Made by a program: the position numbers and the translations under genes. Under the pieces are notes generated by a model. It ran no database searches. It was not told the DNA's origin and worked only from the letters and a program-made list of their open reading frames with translations. This document shows positions 10,429 to 20,325 of a DNA stretch of 64,000 bases, one piece after another. Source of the DNA: an uncultured bacterium. GTDB taxonomy: Bacteria > Omnitrophota > Omnitrophia > Omnitrophales > Aquincolibacteriaceae. The stretch's first letter is position 1, and every line of letters starts with the position of its first letter. The stretch is taken from contig CAZLTL010000010.1 in assembly GCA_964562525.1 (NCBI GenBank), forward strand, positions 15,389-79,388, given 5' to 3'.

Positions 10429-10812
10429 ATGCAAAGACAGATTTTGGGCGGAAAAATTCAGCGCGTTACGGTTACGGAAGCGAAAGTGGATTATGAAGGC
10501 AGCATTACTATCGATGAAACCTTGATGAAAGCCGCCGGCTTTGTTTCGTTTGAAAAAGTCACTATTGCCAACTTGACCAATGGCGCACGCATGGAAACTT
10601 ATGCCATCCCCGGTCCGGCGGGTTCCGGTAAAATTTGTTTAAACGGCGGATGCGCGAAGCACGGTAAGCCAGGCGACATGCTGATTGTGATGACCTTTGT
10701 TGTTTTAGACGAGAAAGAACTTTTGACCCACCATCCTTTGGTTGTTTCCGTGGATGCGCAGAACAAATTAGTTAAGACGGATAAGGCTTCGATTCCCGCG
10801 CTGCTCGGTTAA
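10429..10812 (+). CDS. panD: aspartate 1-decarboxylase
   Basis: MQRQILGGKIQRVTVTEAKVDYEGSITID with the Gly-Ser self-processing site; 127 aa. Confidence 0.9.
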   Translation: MQRQILGGKIQRVTVTEAKVDYEGSITIDETLMKAAGFVSFEKVTIANLTNGARMETYAIPGPAGSGKICLNGGCAKHGKPGDMLIVMTFVVLDEKELLTHHPLVVSVDAQNKLVKTDKASIPALLG

Positions 10813-10821
10813 AAAGTCTCC

Positions 10822-11634
10822 ATGAAAAAAGTCAAAGTCGGACTTATCGGTTGCGGTGCTATTGGCGCCCGCCTCGCGCAATCGCTTCAGACGCACTTTT
10901 CTGAGTTTGCTCAGCTAGCTTATATTTGCGAGCATCGCACGGACAAAGCCCGCGACCTTTTAAAGAAAATGCGTTCTCGCGCGGAATTGGCGGATTTCGA
11001 CGAAACGATCGAGTACTCTGATTTTTTGATTGAAGCCGCAACGCCTGACTTAGCCACGAATTTAATTTCGAAAGCCGTACCGCTCGGGAAATCCATGTTG
11101 ATTATGAGCGTTGGCGGATTGCTGGCAGTCAGCCCGAGATTTTTTAGAAAATATCCTGAGTCGTCAGTTCTTTGCCCGTCCGGAGCGGTCGTCGGCATCG
11201 ACGGCGTGCTCGCCGCGCGCGAAGCCGGTCCGCTTAAAGTGAAACTCATTACGCGTAAACCGCCGGAAGCTCTTGAAGGCGCGCCTTATTTTAAAGGCAG
11301 GAAAATTGCCGGCTTGTTAACAGGCACGACTCCCGTTTGCTTGTTTCGCGGCACAGCCGAAAAAGCGGTTGCAGGATTTCCTAAGAATATCAACGTATCT
11401 ATGATATTGAGCCTGGCCGGAGCCGGAGCAAAAAAGACTCAGGTCGAAATTTGGTCGGCGCGGGGCTGGAAACGGAATGAACATGAAATCCAAGTGCAAG
11501 GGAAATTCGGAAAAATCGAATGTGTTACTTCCAATGTTCCTTCGCCGGATAATCCGAAAACCAGTTATTTGGCTGTGCTCTCCGCGATTGCCTGTTTGCG
11601 CAAATATTTCTATTCCGTCAAAATCGGGACATAA
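10822..11634 (+). CDS. L-aspartate dehydrogenase-like protein (NadX / DUF108 family)
   Basis: N-terminal Rossmann KVGLIGCGAIGARLA; C-terminal PKNINVSMILSL and SNVPSPDNPKTSYLAVLSAIACLRK align closely to the Thermotoga NadX C-terminus. Confidence 0.75.
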   Translation: MKKVKVGLIGCGAIGARLAQSLQTHFSEFAQLAYICEHRTDKARDLLKKMRSRAELADFDETIEYSDFLIEAATPDLATNLISKAVPLGKSMLIMSVGGLLAVSPRFFRKYPESSVLCPSGAVVGIDGVLAAREAGPLKVKLITRKPPEALEGAPYFKGRKIAGLLTGTTPVCLFRGTAEKAVAGFPKNINVSMILSLAGAGAKKTQVEIWSARGWKRNEHEIQVQGKFGKIECVTSNVPSPDNPKTSYLAVLSAIACLRKYFYSVKIGT

Positions 11635-11655
11635 CGAATGCTGAAAAAAATCACC

Positions 11656-11750
11656 CGCTGCGTTACAAGACAAACTTCCTTGTGCGCCGTAGGTTTCACT
11701 ACGGCTCCGCGGGCGTTTGCTTGTGCCTTGCGGCTGAGCTTTTTTGAGCA
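11656..11750 (+). repeat. ~90-bp intergenic repeat, family member (between nadX-like and uvrA)
   Basis: GCTGCGTTACAAGACAAAC...GGTTTCACTACGGCTCCGCGGGCGTTTGCTTGTGCCTTGCGGCTGAGCTTTTTTGAGC; same architecture, ending in a T-run. Confidence 0.5.
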
Positions 11751-11770
11751 TTCGCTGACTGAGGTTTAAG

Positions 11771-14605
11771 GTGAAAATGAAACCAGGTAGTCAATCCTCG
11801 GTTCTTCAGCCTCCGGCCACCGGCCTAGTTCAAGAGTGGATCACAGTTCGTGGTGCTCGCGAAAACAACCTCAAAAATATTTCGGTCAAAATACCGCGCA
11901 ATAAAATCACCGTGATTACCGGCCTTTCCGGCTCGGGTAAGTCGACCCTCGCTTTTGATACGATTTACGCTGAGGGGCAGCGGCGCTATCTGGAAAGTTT
12001 GTCTTCCTATGCCCGTCAATTTCTTGAAAAGTTAAAAAAGCCGGAAGTCGATTATATCGGCGGGCTTTCGCCCAGTGTTGCGATTGACCAAAAGTCCGGC
12101 GCACATCATCCTCGCTCCACTGTGGCAACGACGACCGAGATTTTTGATTTTCTTCGTCTGCTTTTTGCTAAAGCCGGAGCCTCGGAAGATGCTGATGAAA
12201 ATACGGGGATTGCGCTTGAAGATCTTGCTGACCGGCTTGAAGAGCGGTACAAAGAAAAACAGCTGACTGTGTTAGCGCCCGTGGTGCGTGGCCGGAAAGG
12301 GGAGCACAATCAAGTGTTTCAGGTTTTGGTTAAAAAGGGTTTCGATTATCTCCGTGTCGACGGTAAACCGCAATGGATCAAGCCTGATACAAAGCTGAAA
12401 AAAACATTCCGTCATGACATTGAAGTGATTGTCGATGAGCTGACGATTCGAACTTCTGACCGTTCGCGTTTAGAAAAAGCTATTCAAACTGCGGCAGAGC
12501 TCGCGGAAGGTGAAGTCGTGGTTTGGGACGGGAAGAAAACCGGCCCGGATGCCATTGAGCGGTTTCTTTTGGCGCGCGCTGAAGATGGCGCAAGTTTTAA
12601 ATCAAGACTGACGCCTAACCTTTTTTCATTCAATAGCCCGTATGGTGCTTGCGCGTCTTGCCGCGGTTTGGGCAAGCTTTCCACGATTTCCGAAAAGAAA
12701 ATTATTCTCCACCCCGAAAAACCTCTTTTGCGCGGCGCTCTCAATGAAGATATTTTTTTCTCGTTTAATAAATATTTTATTGAAGACTTGGTTTACGACC
12801 TCAGCAAAAAATATGACTTTGAAATTAAAGCTCCTTTTCGGGATTGGCCGGAAGCCGCACGGGAAGCGTTGCTTTTAGGAGATGGGAATTTGTCGGGTTT
12901 AACGGAAGAATGGGAGCGTCTTCTGCATGAGACGGAATCTGAAAATATCCGCTCAAAAATCCGTCAGTTTATGAAAACGGATGTCTGCCCTGACTGCGAA
13001 GGTAAACGCCTTAAAAAAGAAAGCCTTGCGGTTAAGATTGATGGAAAAAACATTATCGAAATGACGGAGCTTCCGGTGGAGACCGCTGTGCCTTATTTTG
13101 ACGGGCTTCGGCTTCCTGAGAAAATGCGCTCGGTGACCGACCCCATTATGAAGGAAATCCGCTTACGCATTCGATTTTTAAATGATGTAGGGCTCGGGTA
13201 TTTGAGTTTGGACCGCACGGTGAATACGCTTTCCGGCGGAGAGCTGCAGCGTATTCGTTTGGCCGCGCAGTTGGGGCTGGGGCTGACTGGGGTGATGTAT
13301 GTTTTGGATGAACCGAGTATTGGGCTTCATCCGCGAGATCATGAAAAACTGCTTAAAAGCCTTGAGAATTTGCGTGACCAGGGCAATACCATTTTGATTG
13401 TGGAACATGATGAAGAAACCATGCTGCGTGCGGATTACTTTATTGACTTGGGCCCCGGTGCCGGAGTGCATGGCGGGGAGATTTTATGTGCGGGACCGAT
13501 CAAGCAGCTTCTTGCCTCTGCGTCTTCGGCGCAACCGGCGATTCAACATTCAATTACGCTGGATTATCTAGCCGGCAGAAAGAAAATCAAAATAGATAAG
13601 CCGCGGCTTGATTTTAAAAAAGCTCCTAAGCTGATTTTGCGCGGCTGCGCGGAGCATAATCTTAAGAAAGTAGACGCGGTTTTTCCTTTGGGTCTTTTTA
13701 CTTGTGTTACCGGTGTGTCGGGCTCCGGAAAAAGTACTTTGGTACATGACACGCTTTATAAAGCCTTGCACAATCGGCTTTGGAAAACAGATTACGCGGT
13801 GGGCGCGCACAAAAAAATGGAAGGCGCCGAAAAAATTGAGCGCATTATTGAAATTGATCAATCGCCGATTGGCCGGACACCGCGTTCCACGCCGGCGACG
13901 TATACGGACGTGTTTGGATTTATCCGCCAAATGTTTGGACATGTGGAATTGGCGCGTCTCCGAAACTATAAACCGTCGCATTTTAGTTTTAACCTCAAAG
14001 GTGGACGTTGCGAAATGTGCCGCGGCGAAGGGTTGATGAAACTTGAGATGAGTTTTATGCCGGATGTTTATGTCACATGCGAATCTTGCCAGGGAAAGCG
14101 TTATACGGATTCATTGCTTGAAGTCCGCTATCAGGGGAAAAATATCGCGGAAGTTTTGGATATGCCTGTTTCGGAAGCCGCTGTTTTCTTTAATTCAATC
14201 AGCTCGATCCGCGATAAATTGCTTCTGCTTGAAAAGTTGGGGTTGGGCTATATTAAATTAGGGCAGCCTTCAACGACTGTTTCCGGTGGAGAAGCGCAAC
14301 GCATTAAAATCGCGACCGAATTAAGCAAAAAAGCTTTCGGTCCAACCATTTATATTTTGGATGAGCCCACAACGGGGTTGCATTTTGAGGATGTTTCTAA
14401 GCTCTTACTGGCGCTTTTTGAATTACGTGATCAGGGACATACGGTGATTGTGATCGAGCATCACTCGGATGTGATTCGCAGCGCGGATTATGTCATTGAC
14501 CTGGGTCCTGAAGGGGGAAAAGAAGGCGGGGATATTCTTTTCCAAGGTTCTCCGGTCGAGCTTTCCCGTGTCCAAGGGTCCTATACAGGTCAGTTTTTGC
14601 GGTAA
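11771..14605 (+). CDS. uvrA: excinuclease ABC subunit A
   Basis: 944 aa; two ABC ATPase modules ([20 protein letters not shown]), [12 protein letters not shown] and [12 protein letters not shown] signatures, zinc-finger CxxC motifs. Confidence 0.95.
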   Translation: MKMKPGSQSSVLQPPATGLVQEWITVRGARENNLKNISVKIPRNKITVITGLSGSGKSTLAFDTIYAEGQRRYLESLSSYARQFLEKLKKPEVDYIGGLSPSVAIDQKSGAHHPRSTVATTTEIFDFLRLLFAKAGASEDADENTGIALEDLADRLEERYKEKQLTVLAPVVRGRKGEHNQVFQVLVKKGFDYLRVDGKPQWIKPDTKLKKTFRHDIEVIVDELTIRTSDRSRLEKAIQTAAELAEGEVVVWDGKKTGPDAIERFLLARAEDGASFKSRLTPNLFSFNSPYGACASCRGLGKLSTISEKKIILHPEKPLLRGALNEDIFFSFNKYFIEDLVYDLSKKYDFEIKAPFRDWPEAAREALLLGDGNLSGLTEEWERLLHETESENIRSKIRQFMKTDVCPDCEGKRLKKESLAVKIDGKNIIEMTELPVETAVPYFDGLRLPEKMRSVTDPIMKEIRLRIRFLNDVGLGYLSLDRTVNTLSGGELQRIRLAAQLGLGLTGVMYVLDEPSIGLHPRDHEKLLKSLENLRDQGNTILIVEHDEETMLRADYFIDLGPGAGVHGGEILCAGPIKQLLASASSAQPAIQHSITLDYLAGRKKIKIDKPRLDFKKAPKLILRGCAEHNLKKVDAVFPLGLFTCVTGVSGSGKSTLVHDTLYKALHNRLWKTDYAVGAHKKMEGAEKIERIIEIDQSPIGRTPRSTPATYTDVFGFIRQMFGHVELARLRNYKPSHFSFNLKGGRCEMCRGEGLMKLEMSFMPDVYVTCESCQGKRYTDSLLEVRYQGKNIAEVLDMPVSEAAVFFNSISSIRDKLLLLEKLGLGYIKLGQPSTTVSGGEAQRIKIATELSKKAFGPTIYILDEPTTGLHFEDVSKLLLALFELRDQGHTVIVIEHHSDVIRSADYVIDLGPEGGKEGGDILFQGSPVELSRVQGSYTGQFLR

Positions 14606-14709
14606 AATTAGGCTTTGCGCGCCTGATGCTGTGCTATACTTCTACTAACTGTTTTGAAGAGTTTACCCGTGATCAGAGGTGCTCTTTTTAACGGATAAAA
14701 GGAAAGTTT

Positions 14710-14913
14710 ATGATTACAGAAATTGGAATTGTCGCCGGAGAAATTTGGAATTTGCTGGATAAAAAAACAACCGCGCCCGTTGATACGATTGTTGACAGTC
14801 TCAAGCGCAACCGTGATTTAGTTTTGATGAGTTTGGGATGGCTTTCCCGTGAAGGTCACGTTTCATTAGCGCCCACGGAACGCGGATTAGTCGCCTCTTT
14901 AAATAAACGTTAA
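14710..14913 (+). CDS. small hypothetical protein, possible winged-helix fold
   Basis: 67-aa ORF with a good ribosome-binding site (AAAGGAAAG); weak resemblance to small winged-helix proteins only. Confidence 0.4.
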   Translation: MITEIGIVAGEIWNLLDKKTTAPVDTIVDSLKRNRDLVLMSLGWLSREGHVSLAPTERGLVASLNKR

Positions 14914-14919
14914 GCGAGC

Positions 14920-15240
14920 ATGCGCTTTGTTTGTGTTTTGACGACAGCGCCCCGATTATCTTCTGCCCGTAAACTTGCGGATTTATTAGTTAAGCAAAAG
15001 CTGGCAGCTTGTGTTTCATTGATACCCTCGATTGAGTCGCATTATTGTTGGAAGGGAAAAAAAGAAAAATCCCGCGAGGTACAATTAATCATTAAGACCA
15101 CCGCAAGTCAGTTTCAAAAAATAGAACAGTTCTTGAAGAAGAATCACTCTTATGAATTGCCCGAGTTGATCAGTTTGCCTGTGACTCAAATATCCAAAAA
15201 ATATGCCGCATGGATGAATCATTCACTTTCGAAAGATTAA
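14920..15240 (+). CDS. cutA: divalent-cation tolerance protein CutA
   Basis: 106 aa; the AACVSLIPSIESHYCWKGK core is typical of the CutA1 trimer family. Confidence 0.8.
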   Translation: MRFVCVLTTAPRLSSARKLADLLVKQKLAACVSLIPSIESHYCWKGKKEKSREVQLIIKTTASQFQKIEQFLKKNHSYELPELISLPVTQISKKYAAWMNHSLSKD

Positions 15241-15272
15241 GTTTTTATTCTTTCTCTCCGTAAACACTTTCT

Positions 15273-15866
15273 ATGGCTAACAAAAAATCATCTTGGCTGA
15301 AAAAAATAGCGAATTGGGTTCAGGGATCTTTGCAGCGCTTTGCTGATGAAGGATTTTCTGAAGATAAAAAAAAGCGGAAGCGAACGAAGCGAGCGGTTCG
15401 CGCAGGTGCTTCAAAAAACTTGCCCAAAAAGAAGTCCGTAAAAAGGGGATCTTCAAAAGTTAAGACGGTTAAAAAAATTGCCGCCCAAAAAGCGAAGGCT
15501 ACCGTAAAACCTAAGCCCGTCAAAGTTTCCAAGGCTAAAGCCGCGACGGTGAAGCCTGTTCCGGTTAAAAATAAATTAAAAACCTTGGCGGCACCTGTTG
15601 TTAAGGCGAAGCCTGCGCCCGGCATTTTAGTGGGAGAAATCGCTTATTACTTCGCGAAAGCCAATGCCTGCGCTTTTAAGGTTATGAATGTTGAACTCAA
15701 AGAGGGTGCAACGATTTTAATTCAAGGTCCGGAAACAAAATTAAAGATGAAGCTTAAGTCGATTCAGATTAACCGCATTCCTGTCCCAAGCGGCAAGCCC
15801 GGAGAAGATGTCGGAATTGGAGTGACGAAACCCGTTGCGGTCGGTGATAAGGTTTACTTAGTTTAG
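15273..15866 (+). CDS. lysine/alanine-rich histone H1-like protein with C-terminal small beta-barrel domain
   Basis: N-terminal 120 aa is a KKxxxKxAKA low-complexity basic tail (Hc1/H1-like). The C-terminal ~75 aa (GILVGEIAYYFAKANACAFKV...GDKVYLV) resembles a translation-factor-type beta-barrel. Confidence 0.55.
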   Translation: MANKKSSWLKKIANWVQGSLQRFADEGFSEDKKKRKRTKRAVRAGASKNLPKKKSVKRGSSKVKTVKKIAAQKAKATVKPKPVKVSKAKAATVKPVPVKNKLKTLAAPVVKAKPAPGILVGEIAYYFAKANACAFKVMNVELKEGATILIQGPETKLKMKLKSIQINRIPVPSGKPGEDVGIGVTKPVAVGDKVYLV

Positions 15867-15972
15867 AACTCAGAACTCAAAAATTAAAACCCTAGATCAA
15901 AAGCATTACGATGAGCTTGGGGATCTTTTAGCTTTTAGTTGTGGCTCTGATCTTTGATTTCTGCGTTTTGAT

Positions 15973-16530
15973 TTAGATCTTGGCGGGGGAAACCGCGACA
16001 AAAACTTTAGCTGCCTTGGCGCTCTCGTTGAAGATTTGATGCGGATAAGAAGCGTCAAAGTAAAAAGTGTCGCCGGATTTCAGGTCGAACTCTTCTTTTT
16101 CCAGCTTTACCTTTACGGCACCTTCCTGAACCCAAACAAATTTTTCCACGCCGCGTTCTTTTTTTTCTTTTTCAGTTTCAGCATTCGCACCAAGCTCAAT
16201 TAAAAGCGGCGTCATTTTTTTATTGCCGACTTGCTGGGTCAGTAGAGTGACGCGGACATTGCGGCTAAGCGTGCTGGCTTTTTTGAGATCGTCTTCCTTG
16301 CCTACCGCGGTTTTTGCGGAGCGGTCATCAATGTCTTGATAAAGTTCGGGCAGCCCAACTCCGATGACTTCGGCGATTTTAGCGTGGCTTTCGATCGTTC
16401 CGATCATGACGCCTGTTTCAATTCGAGAAAGGGTTGCTTGGGCAACGCCAGTTTTTTCGGCAATCTCGACCAGGGTGAGGCCTTTTTGTTTGCGGAGTTC
16501 TCGCATCCGGGCGCCAAGATTTTTGAGCAT
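15973..16530 (-). CDS. XRE-family HTH transcriptional regulator with C-terminal cupin domain
   Basis: N-terminal LGARMRELRKQKGLTLVEIAEKTGVAQATLSRIETG HTH_3 domain; C-terminal beta-rich cupin-like region. Confidence 0.8.
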   Translation of the reverse strand: MLKNLGARMRELRKQKGLTLVEIAEKTGVAQATLSRIETGVMIGTIESHAKIAEVIGVGLPELYQDIDDRSAKTAVGKEDDLKKASTLSRNVRVTLLTQQVGNKKMTPLLIELGANAETEKEKKERGVEKFVWVQEGAVKVKLEKEEFDLKSGDTFYFDASYPHQIFNESAKAAKVFVAVSPAKI

Positions 16531-16627
16531 AAAATAGTCCTTATTGAATTGAGCGGGCGATAAAGATCAAACCTGCTCTATCCTAGCCAAAATCAGTCCC
16601 TCGTCAAGAAGCTCATGTAAAAAAATA

Positions 16628-16690
16628 ATATGACAAAAAGTAATAATAATATTGACATATAACAAATAATAATTTAAGCTTTTGTCATAT
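16628..16690. promoter_or_regulatory. divergent promoter region between the XRE regulator and comEA, with a 12-bp inverted repeat ATATGACAAAAG ... CTTTTGTCATAT flanking a TTGACA hexamer
   Basis: Arms at 16628-16639 and 16679-16690 are exact reverse complements; TTGACA at 16652-16657; region is extremely AT-rich. Confidence 0.4.
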
Positions 16691-16727
16691 CAACCAATGA
16701 ATGACCCAATCAAATTAAGGAGGGGTT

Positions 16728-17039
16728 ATGAAGAATAGAAACAAAATCAGCTGTTTGCTCGCTTCGGCGGCATTGGCTTTTTTACTGACAGCGGGAAGTT
16801 CGATTGCCTTGGCCGCCCCTGCGGCTGAAGCACAGGCTTCGGTGCAGTCCTCGGTTAACTTAAATAAGGCGTCAGCGGAAGAGCTGATGACTTTAAAGGG
16901 GATTGGTCCTAAGACGGCTGAGCGGATTATTGCTTACCGTCAGGAGCAAGGTCCTTTTCAAACAGTGGACCAGCTGGTCATGGTGAAGGGGATTGGCAAC
17001 GCCAAGTTCGAAAAGCTGAAAGACCGTATTACGGTTTAA
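16728..17039 (+). CDS. comEA: ComEA-family helix-hairpin-helix DNA-binding protein
   Basis: Signal peptide plus VNLNKASAEELMTLKGIGPKTAERIIAYRQEQGPF...VKGIGNAKFEKL tandem HhH motif. Confidence 0.8.
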   Translation: MKNRNKISCLLASAALAFLLTAGSSIALAAPAAEAQASVQSSVNLNKASAEELMTLKGIGPKTAERIIAYRQEQGPFQTVDQLVMVKGIGNAKFEKLKDRITV

Positions 17040-17062
17040 ATTTTTAGCTTTTGATTCATCTG

Positions 17063-17097
17063 AGCCCCGCAGAACCCTGCGGGGCTTTCTATTTTCT
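17063..17097 (+). terminator. Rho-independent terminator after comEA
   Basis: Perfect 10-bp stem AGCCCCGCAG / CTGCGGGGCT with AACC loop, followed by TTCTATTTTCTT. Confidence 0.65.
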
Positions 17098-17233
17098 TAA
17101 GCTCTCATCTGGATTTGCCGATACGTTCCAATCGTTTTTATTAGTTTAAATCGACCCTATGATTAGACTGGACTTGATTTCAGGCTCTTGTCTATGGTCT
17201 AGGGTCCATGGTCTGTGCTAGAATTCCGCCCCT

Positions 17234-18133
17234 ATGGCAAAAAGCAAAAAACAAAAACCACTTACTTTTCAAGAGCTTGTTCAGCGTCTCAACCAGTTTT
17301 GGGGCGAGCAGGGCTGCTTGGTTGTTCAGCCTTACGATATGGAAGAAGGGGCCGGAACTTTCTCCCCCCATACTTTTTTGCGCGCTTTGGGGCCTGAGCC
17401 TTGGAAGGCTTCTTATGTTCAGCCTTCGCGCCGCCCAACGGACGGACGTTACGGCGAAAATCCGCACCGAACTCAGCATTATTATCAATACCAGGTTTTG
17501 TTGAAACCTGCGCCCTCCAATGTTTTAGAACTTTATCTGAAAAGTTTGGAGGCGGTCGGAATTCCGCTTTTATCGCATGACATTCGTTTTGTGGAAGATG
17601 ACTGGGAATCGCCGACTTTGGGCGCCTGGGGCGTAGGCTGGGAAGTTTGGCTCGATAGTTTGGAAATCACCCAGTTCACTTATTTTCAACAATGCGGAGG
17701 AATTGATCTCGAAGTGATTCCCGCGGAAATCACTTACGGTCTTGAACGCATCGCGATGTTTTTGCAGGGTAAAAACTCGATGTTCGATATTGAATGGAAT
17801 AATGGTGTGACATACGGCGATGTGCATTTGCAAGGGGAAAAAGAATTCTCAGAGTTTAATTTTAAGGGCTCCAACGCGGAAATGCTGCAGCAGCACTTTA
17901 ACGATTATGAACGTGAAGCGCAGAAGCTCATCGAAAAGAAACTGGTGCTGCCGGCTTATGATTATTGTTTGAAAGCCTCTCATGCGTTTAACTTGCTCGA
18001 CGCACGCGGCGCGGTGAGCGTGAACGAACGGCCGCGTTTTATTTCGCGCGTGCGTGTTTTGGCAAAGGCTTGTGCGGAAGGGTATTTGGAAAGCCGCCGT
18101 GAGCAGAACTTTCCTCTGATTAAAACAAAATGA
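17234..18133 (+). CDS. glyQ: glycine--tRNA ligase alpha subunit
   Basis: [28 protein letters not shown]..., 299 aa, highly conserved GlyQ. Confidence 0.9.
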   Translation: MAKSKKQKPLTFQELVQRLNQFWGEQGCLVVQPYDMEEGAGTFSPHTFLRALGPEPWKASYVQPSRRPTDGRYGENPHRTQHYYQYQVLLKPAPSNVLELYLKSLEAVGIPLLSHDIRFVEDDWESPTLGAWGVGWEVWLDSLEITQFTYFQQCGGIDLEVIPAEITYGLERIAMFLQGKNSMFDIEWNNGVTYGDVHLQGEKEFSEFNFKGSNAEMLQQHFNDYEREAQKLIEKKLVLPAYDYCLKASHAFNLLDARGAVSVNERPRFISRVRVLAKACAEGYLESRREQNFPLIKTK

Positions 18134-20247
18134 AAAAACAACTCTCATCGCTTAATTTATTGGCGGAAATCGGCGCGGAAGAACTTCCGCTTTCCGCTTT
18201 AGATTTGATTTATTCCGAATTTCGTCCTGCCTTTTCAAAGTTACTCGAACGCGAACGTATTTCTTTTTCAGCCGTTCATGTTGAGGCAACTCCACGGCGC
18301 ATTGCTTTTTTTGTAGAAGGCTTAGCGGCTCAGCAGCAAGACTTAAGCCTTGAAATCTCAGGACCCTCGGTTGAAAAAGCTCATGGGGCGGATGGTAAGC
18401 CGACGCCGGCTTTGCTGGGTTTTATGAAAAGCAAAGAGATTACGGAAAAAGACGTCGAGGTTCGTGAAACGCCCAAAGGAAAATTCATTTTCGGGCATAA
18501 GGAACTGAAAGGGAAACCCGTCGCGCAAGTTTTGCCCGGGCTGATTCAGGAAGTTTTTCAAACCATGCAATTTAAGCGTGGCCTTCGTTGGGACGCCACC
18601 GGCTATAAGTTTCCGCGCCCGATCCGCTGGATCGTCGCCATTTTAGGCAGCTCCGTTTTAAAATTTAAAATCGCGGATGTGACTTCGGGCAACAAGAGCT
18701 TAGGGCATCGCTTTTTGTCGCCCAAATCTTTTGTAATTGCTAAAGCTGATTGGCAGGCTTATCACAAATTGCTTGAAAAACAGCAGGTGATTCTTTCGAT
18801 TGAGAAGCGTGAAACTTTGATCCGTGAAGGCTTGACTCGGACTTACGAACAAAAACATTTAGATGAAGAGCTCGTGCATGAATGCGCTCAGTTGGTTGAA
18901 AAACCCTTTTTGCTTGAAGGCGGTTTTTCGAAAGAGTATCTCGAGCTTCCGGCCGAAGTGCTCGCGACTTGCATGAAAAAACATCAGCGTGTTTTTGCGG
19001 TTTATCAGAACGGTCATTTGCAAAATAAATTTGTAGCCGTGATGAATGGCAAGCGTGAGGGGCTAAAGAAAATTGCGAGTGATTTTGAAAAAGTTTTGGA
19101 TTCGCGTCTCAAAGATGCCCGGTTCTTTTTCAGAGAAGATACGCAGAAGCCCCTTGAGAGTTACCGCGACAAGCTCAGTCAGTTAGCCTACTTGGGCGCG
19201 TTGGGCTCAATGCGTGATAAATCCGAGCGTCTCGAGAAAATGGCGCCCGTTTTTTGCGGTCTCGCGAAAAAGAAAGAGTCGGCTGAAGCTTTGAAGCGGG
19301 TATGCGTTCTCGCGAAGAATGATTTGCTGACGCATCTTGTTTTTGAAATGCCTGAGCTGCAGGGCGTTGTCGGCGGAGAATACGCCCGTCATTTTGGCGA
19401 GACGGAAGAAGTTTCGCGCGCTATCGCGACGCAGTATCTTCCCAAAAATTTAGCGGAAAAAAGAGTGCATGTTCAGGAACAGATGTCAGAACTGGGCGTT
19501 TTGTTCGGTGTCTTGGACCGTCTCGATCTTTTAGTGGGCGCCTTTGGAACGGGGATTGAACCTAGCGGCAGCCAGGATCCTTTTGCTTTGCGCCGTGCCG
19601 GTGGAATTTTAGTCAAGCTTGCGCACGCTTTTAATTTACGTTTTTCTTTGAATGAAACCGTGACTGCCATTGAACAGCTTTATGGTTCGAAGTTGACCAA
19701 GCCTGAAGGTAAAGCCCGGTTGATTCGATTTTTGCAGGAGCGTATTGCTTTTGAAATCGGCGTGAAACCCGGAACCTCGGAGCATGAGATTTTTCAGGCG
19801 GTAACCCGCTGCAATGTTGATGATCTTGCGGATGTTTTTGTGCGCTACGAAAAACTGAATCTTGTCAGCCGCGAAGCGCGGTCCGCGTTTGTCGGCGCGG
19901 TTCAAATTGTTCAGCGCATTTCAAATATTCTGAAAGGCGCGAAAGAGACTTTTTCAGGATGGGATTCGGCGCAATTGACCGAGGAAAAGGAAAAAGCGTT
20001 AGCTCAAGCTTATTCTTCCGTGCAGGCTGAAGTTAAGCGGCATGCTCAAGCCGGCGATTTTGAGGCTGCGAACCACCTTTATTCAACAGCTTTGGTCCAG
20101 CCCGTAACTGAGTTTTTTGACAAGGTGATGGTCAATGCCGAGGATCAGGCCGTGCGCCGCAACCGACTGGGACTTTTGACTGAAATTCGGGATCTTTATA
20201 CCAAGAATATCGCTGATCTTTCTCTACTATCCAGAATAGAAGGATGA
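18130..20247 (+). CDS. glyS: glycine--tRNA ligase beta subunit
   Basis: 705 aa directly coupled (ATGA overlap) to glyQ. Confidence 0.9.
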   Translation: MKKQLSSLNLLAEIGAEELPLSALDLIYSEFRPAFSKLLERERISFSAVHVEATPRRIAFFVEGLAAQQQDLSLEISGPSVEKAHGADGKPTPALLGFMKSKEITEKDVEVRETPKGKFIFGHKELKGKPVAQVLPGLIQEVFQTMQFKRGLRWDATGYKFPRPIRWIVAILGSSVLKFKIADVTSGNKSLGHRFLSPKSFVIAKADWQAYHKLLEKQQVILSIEKRETLIREGLTRTYEQKHLDEELVHECAQLVEKPFLLEGGFSKEYLELPAEVLATCMKKHQRVFAVYQNGHLQNKFVAVMNGKREGLKKIASDFEKVLDSRLKDARFFFREDTQKPLESYRDKLSQLAYLGALGSMRDKSERLEKMAPVFCGLAKKKESAEALKRVCVLAKNDLLTHLVFEMPELQGVVGGEYARHFGETEEVSRAIATQYLPKNLAEKRVHVQEQMSELGVLFGVLDRLDLLVGAFGTGIEPSGSQDPFALRRAGGILVKLAHAFNLRFSLNETVTAIEQLYGSKLTKPEGKARLIRFLQERIAFEIGVKPGTSEHEIFQAVTRCNVDDLADVFVRYEKLNLVSREARSAFVGAVQIVQRISNILKGAKETFSGWDSAQLTEEKEKALAQAYSSVQAEVKRHAQAGDFEAANHLYSTALVQPVTEFFDKVMVNAEDQAVRRNRLGLLTEIRDLYTKNIADLSLLSRIEG

Positions 20248-20325
20248 TGCTATAATTCGCGCTCTTTTGGGGGCTTTCCCCCGAAAGCTGCAATGATTTT
20301 TTTAACAACTCTCTAAGGAGACACA

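Noticed and set aside
20258-20290. Hairpin GGGGGCTTTCCCCCG between glyS and ppdK as a terminator
   Set aside because: The stem is perfect but there is no immediate U-tract; the T-run is 15 nt further on. It may be a processing or attenuation structure, but it is too weakly supported to call.
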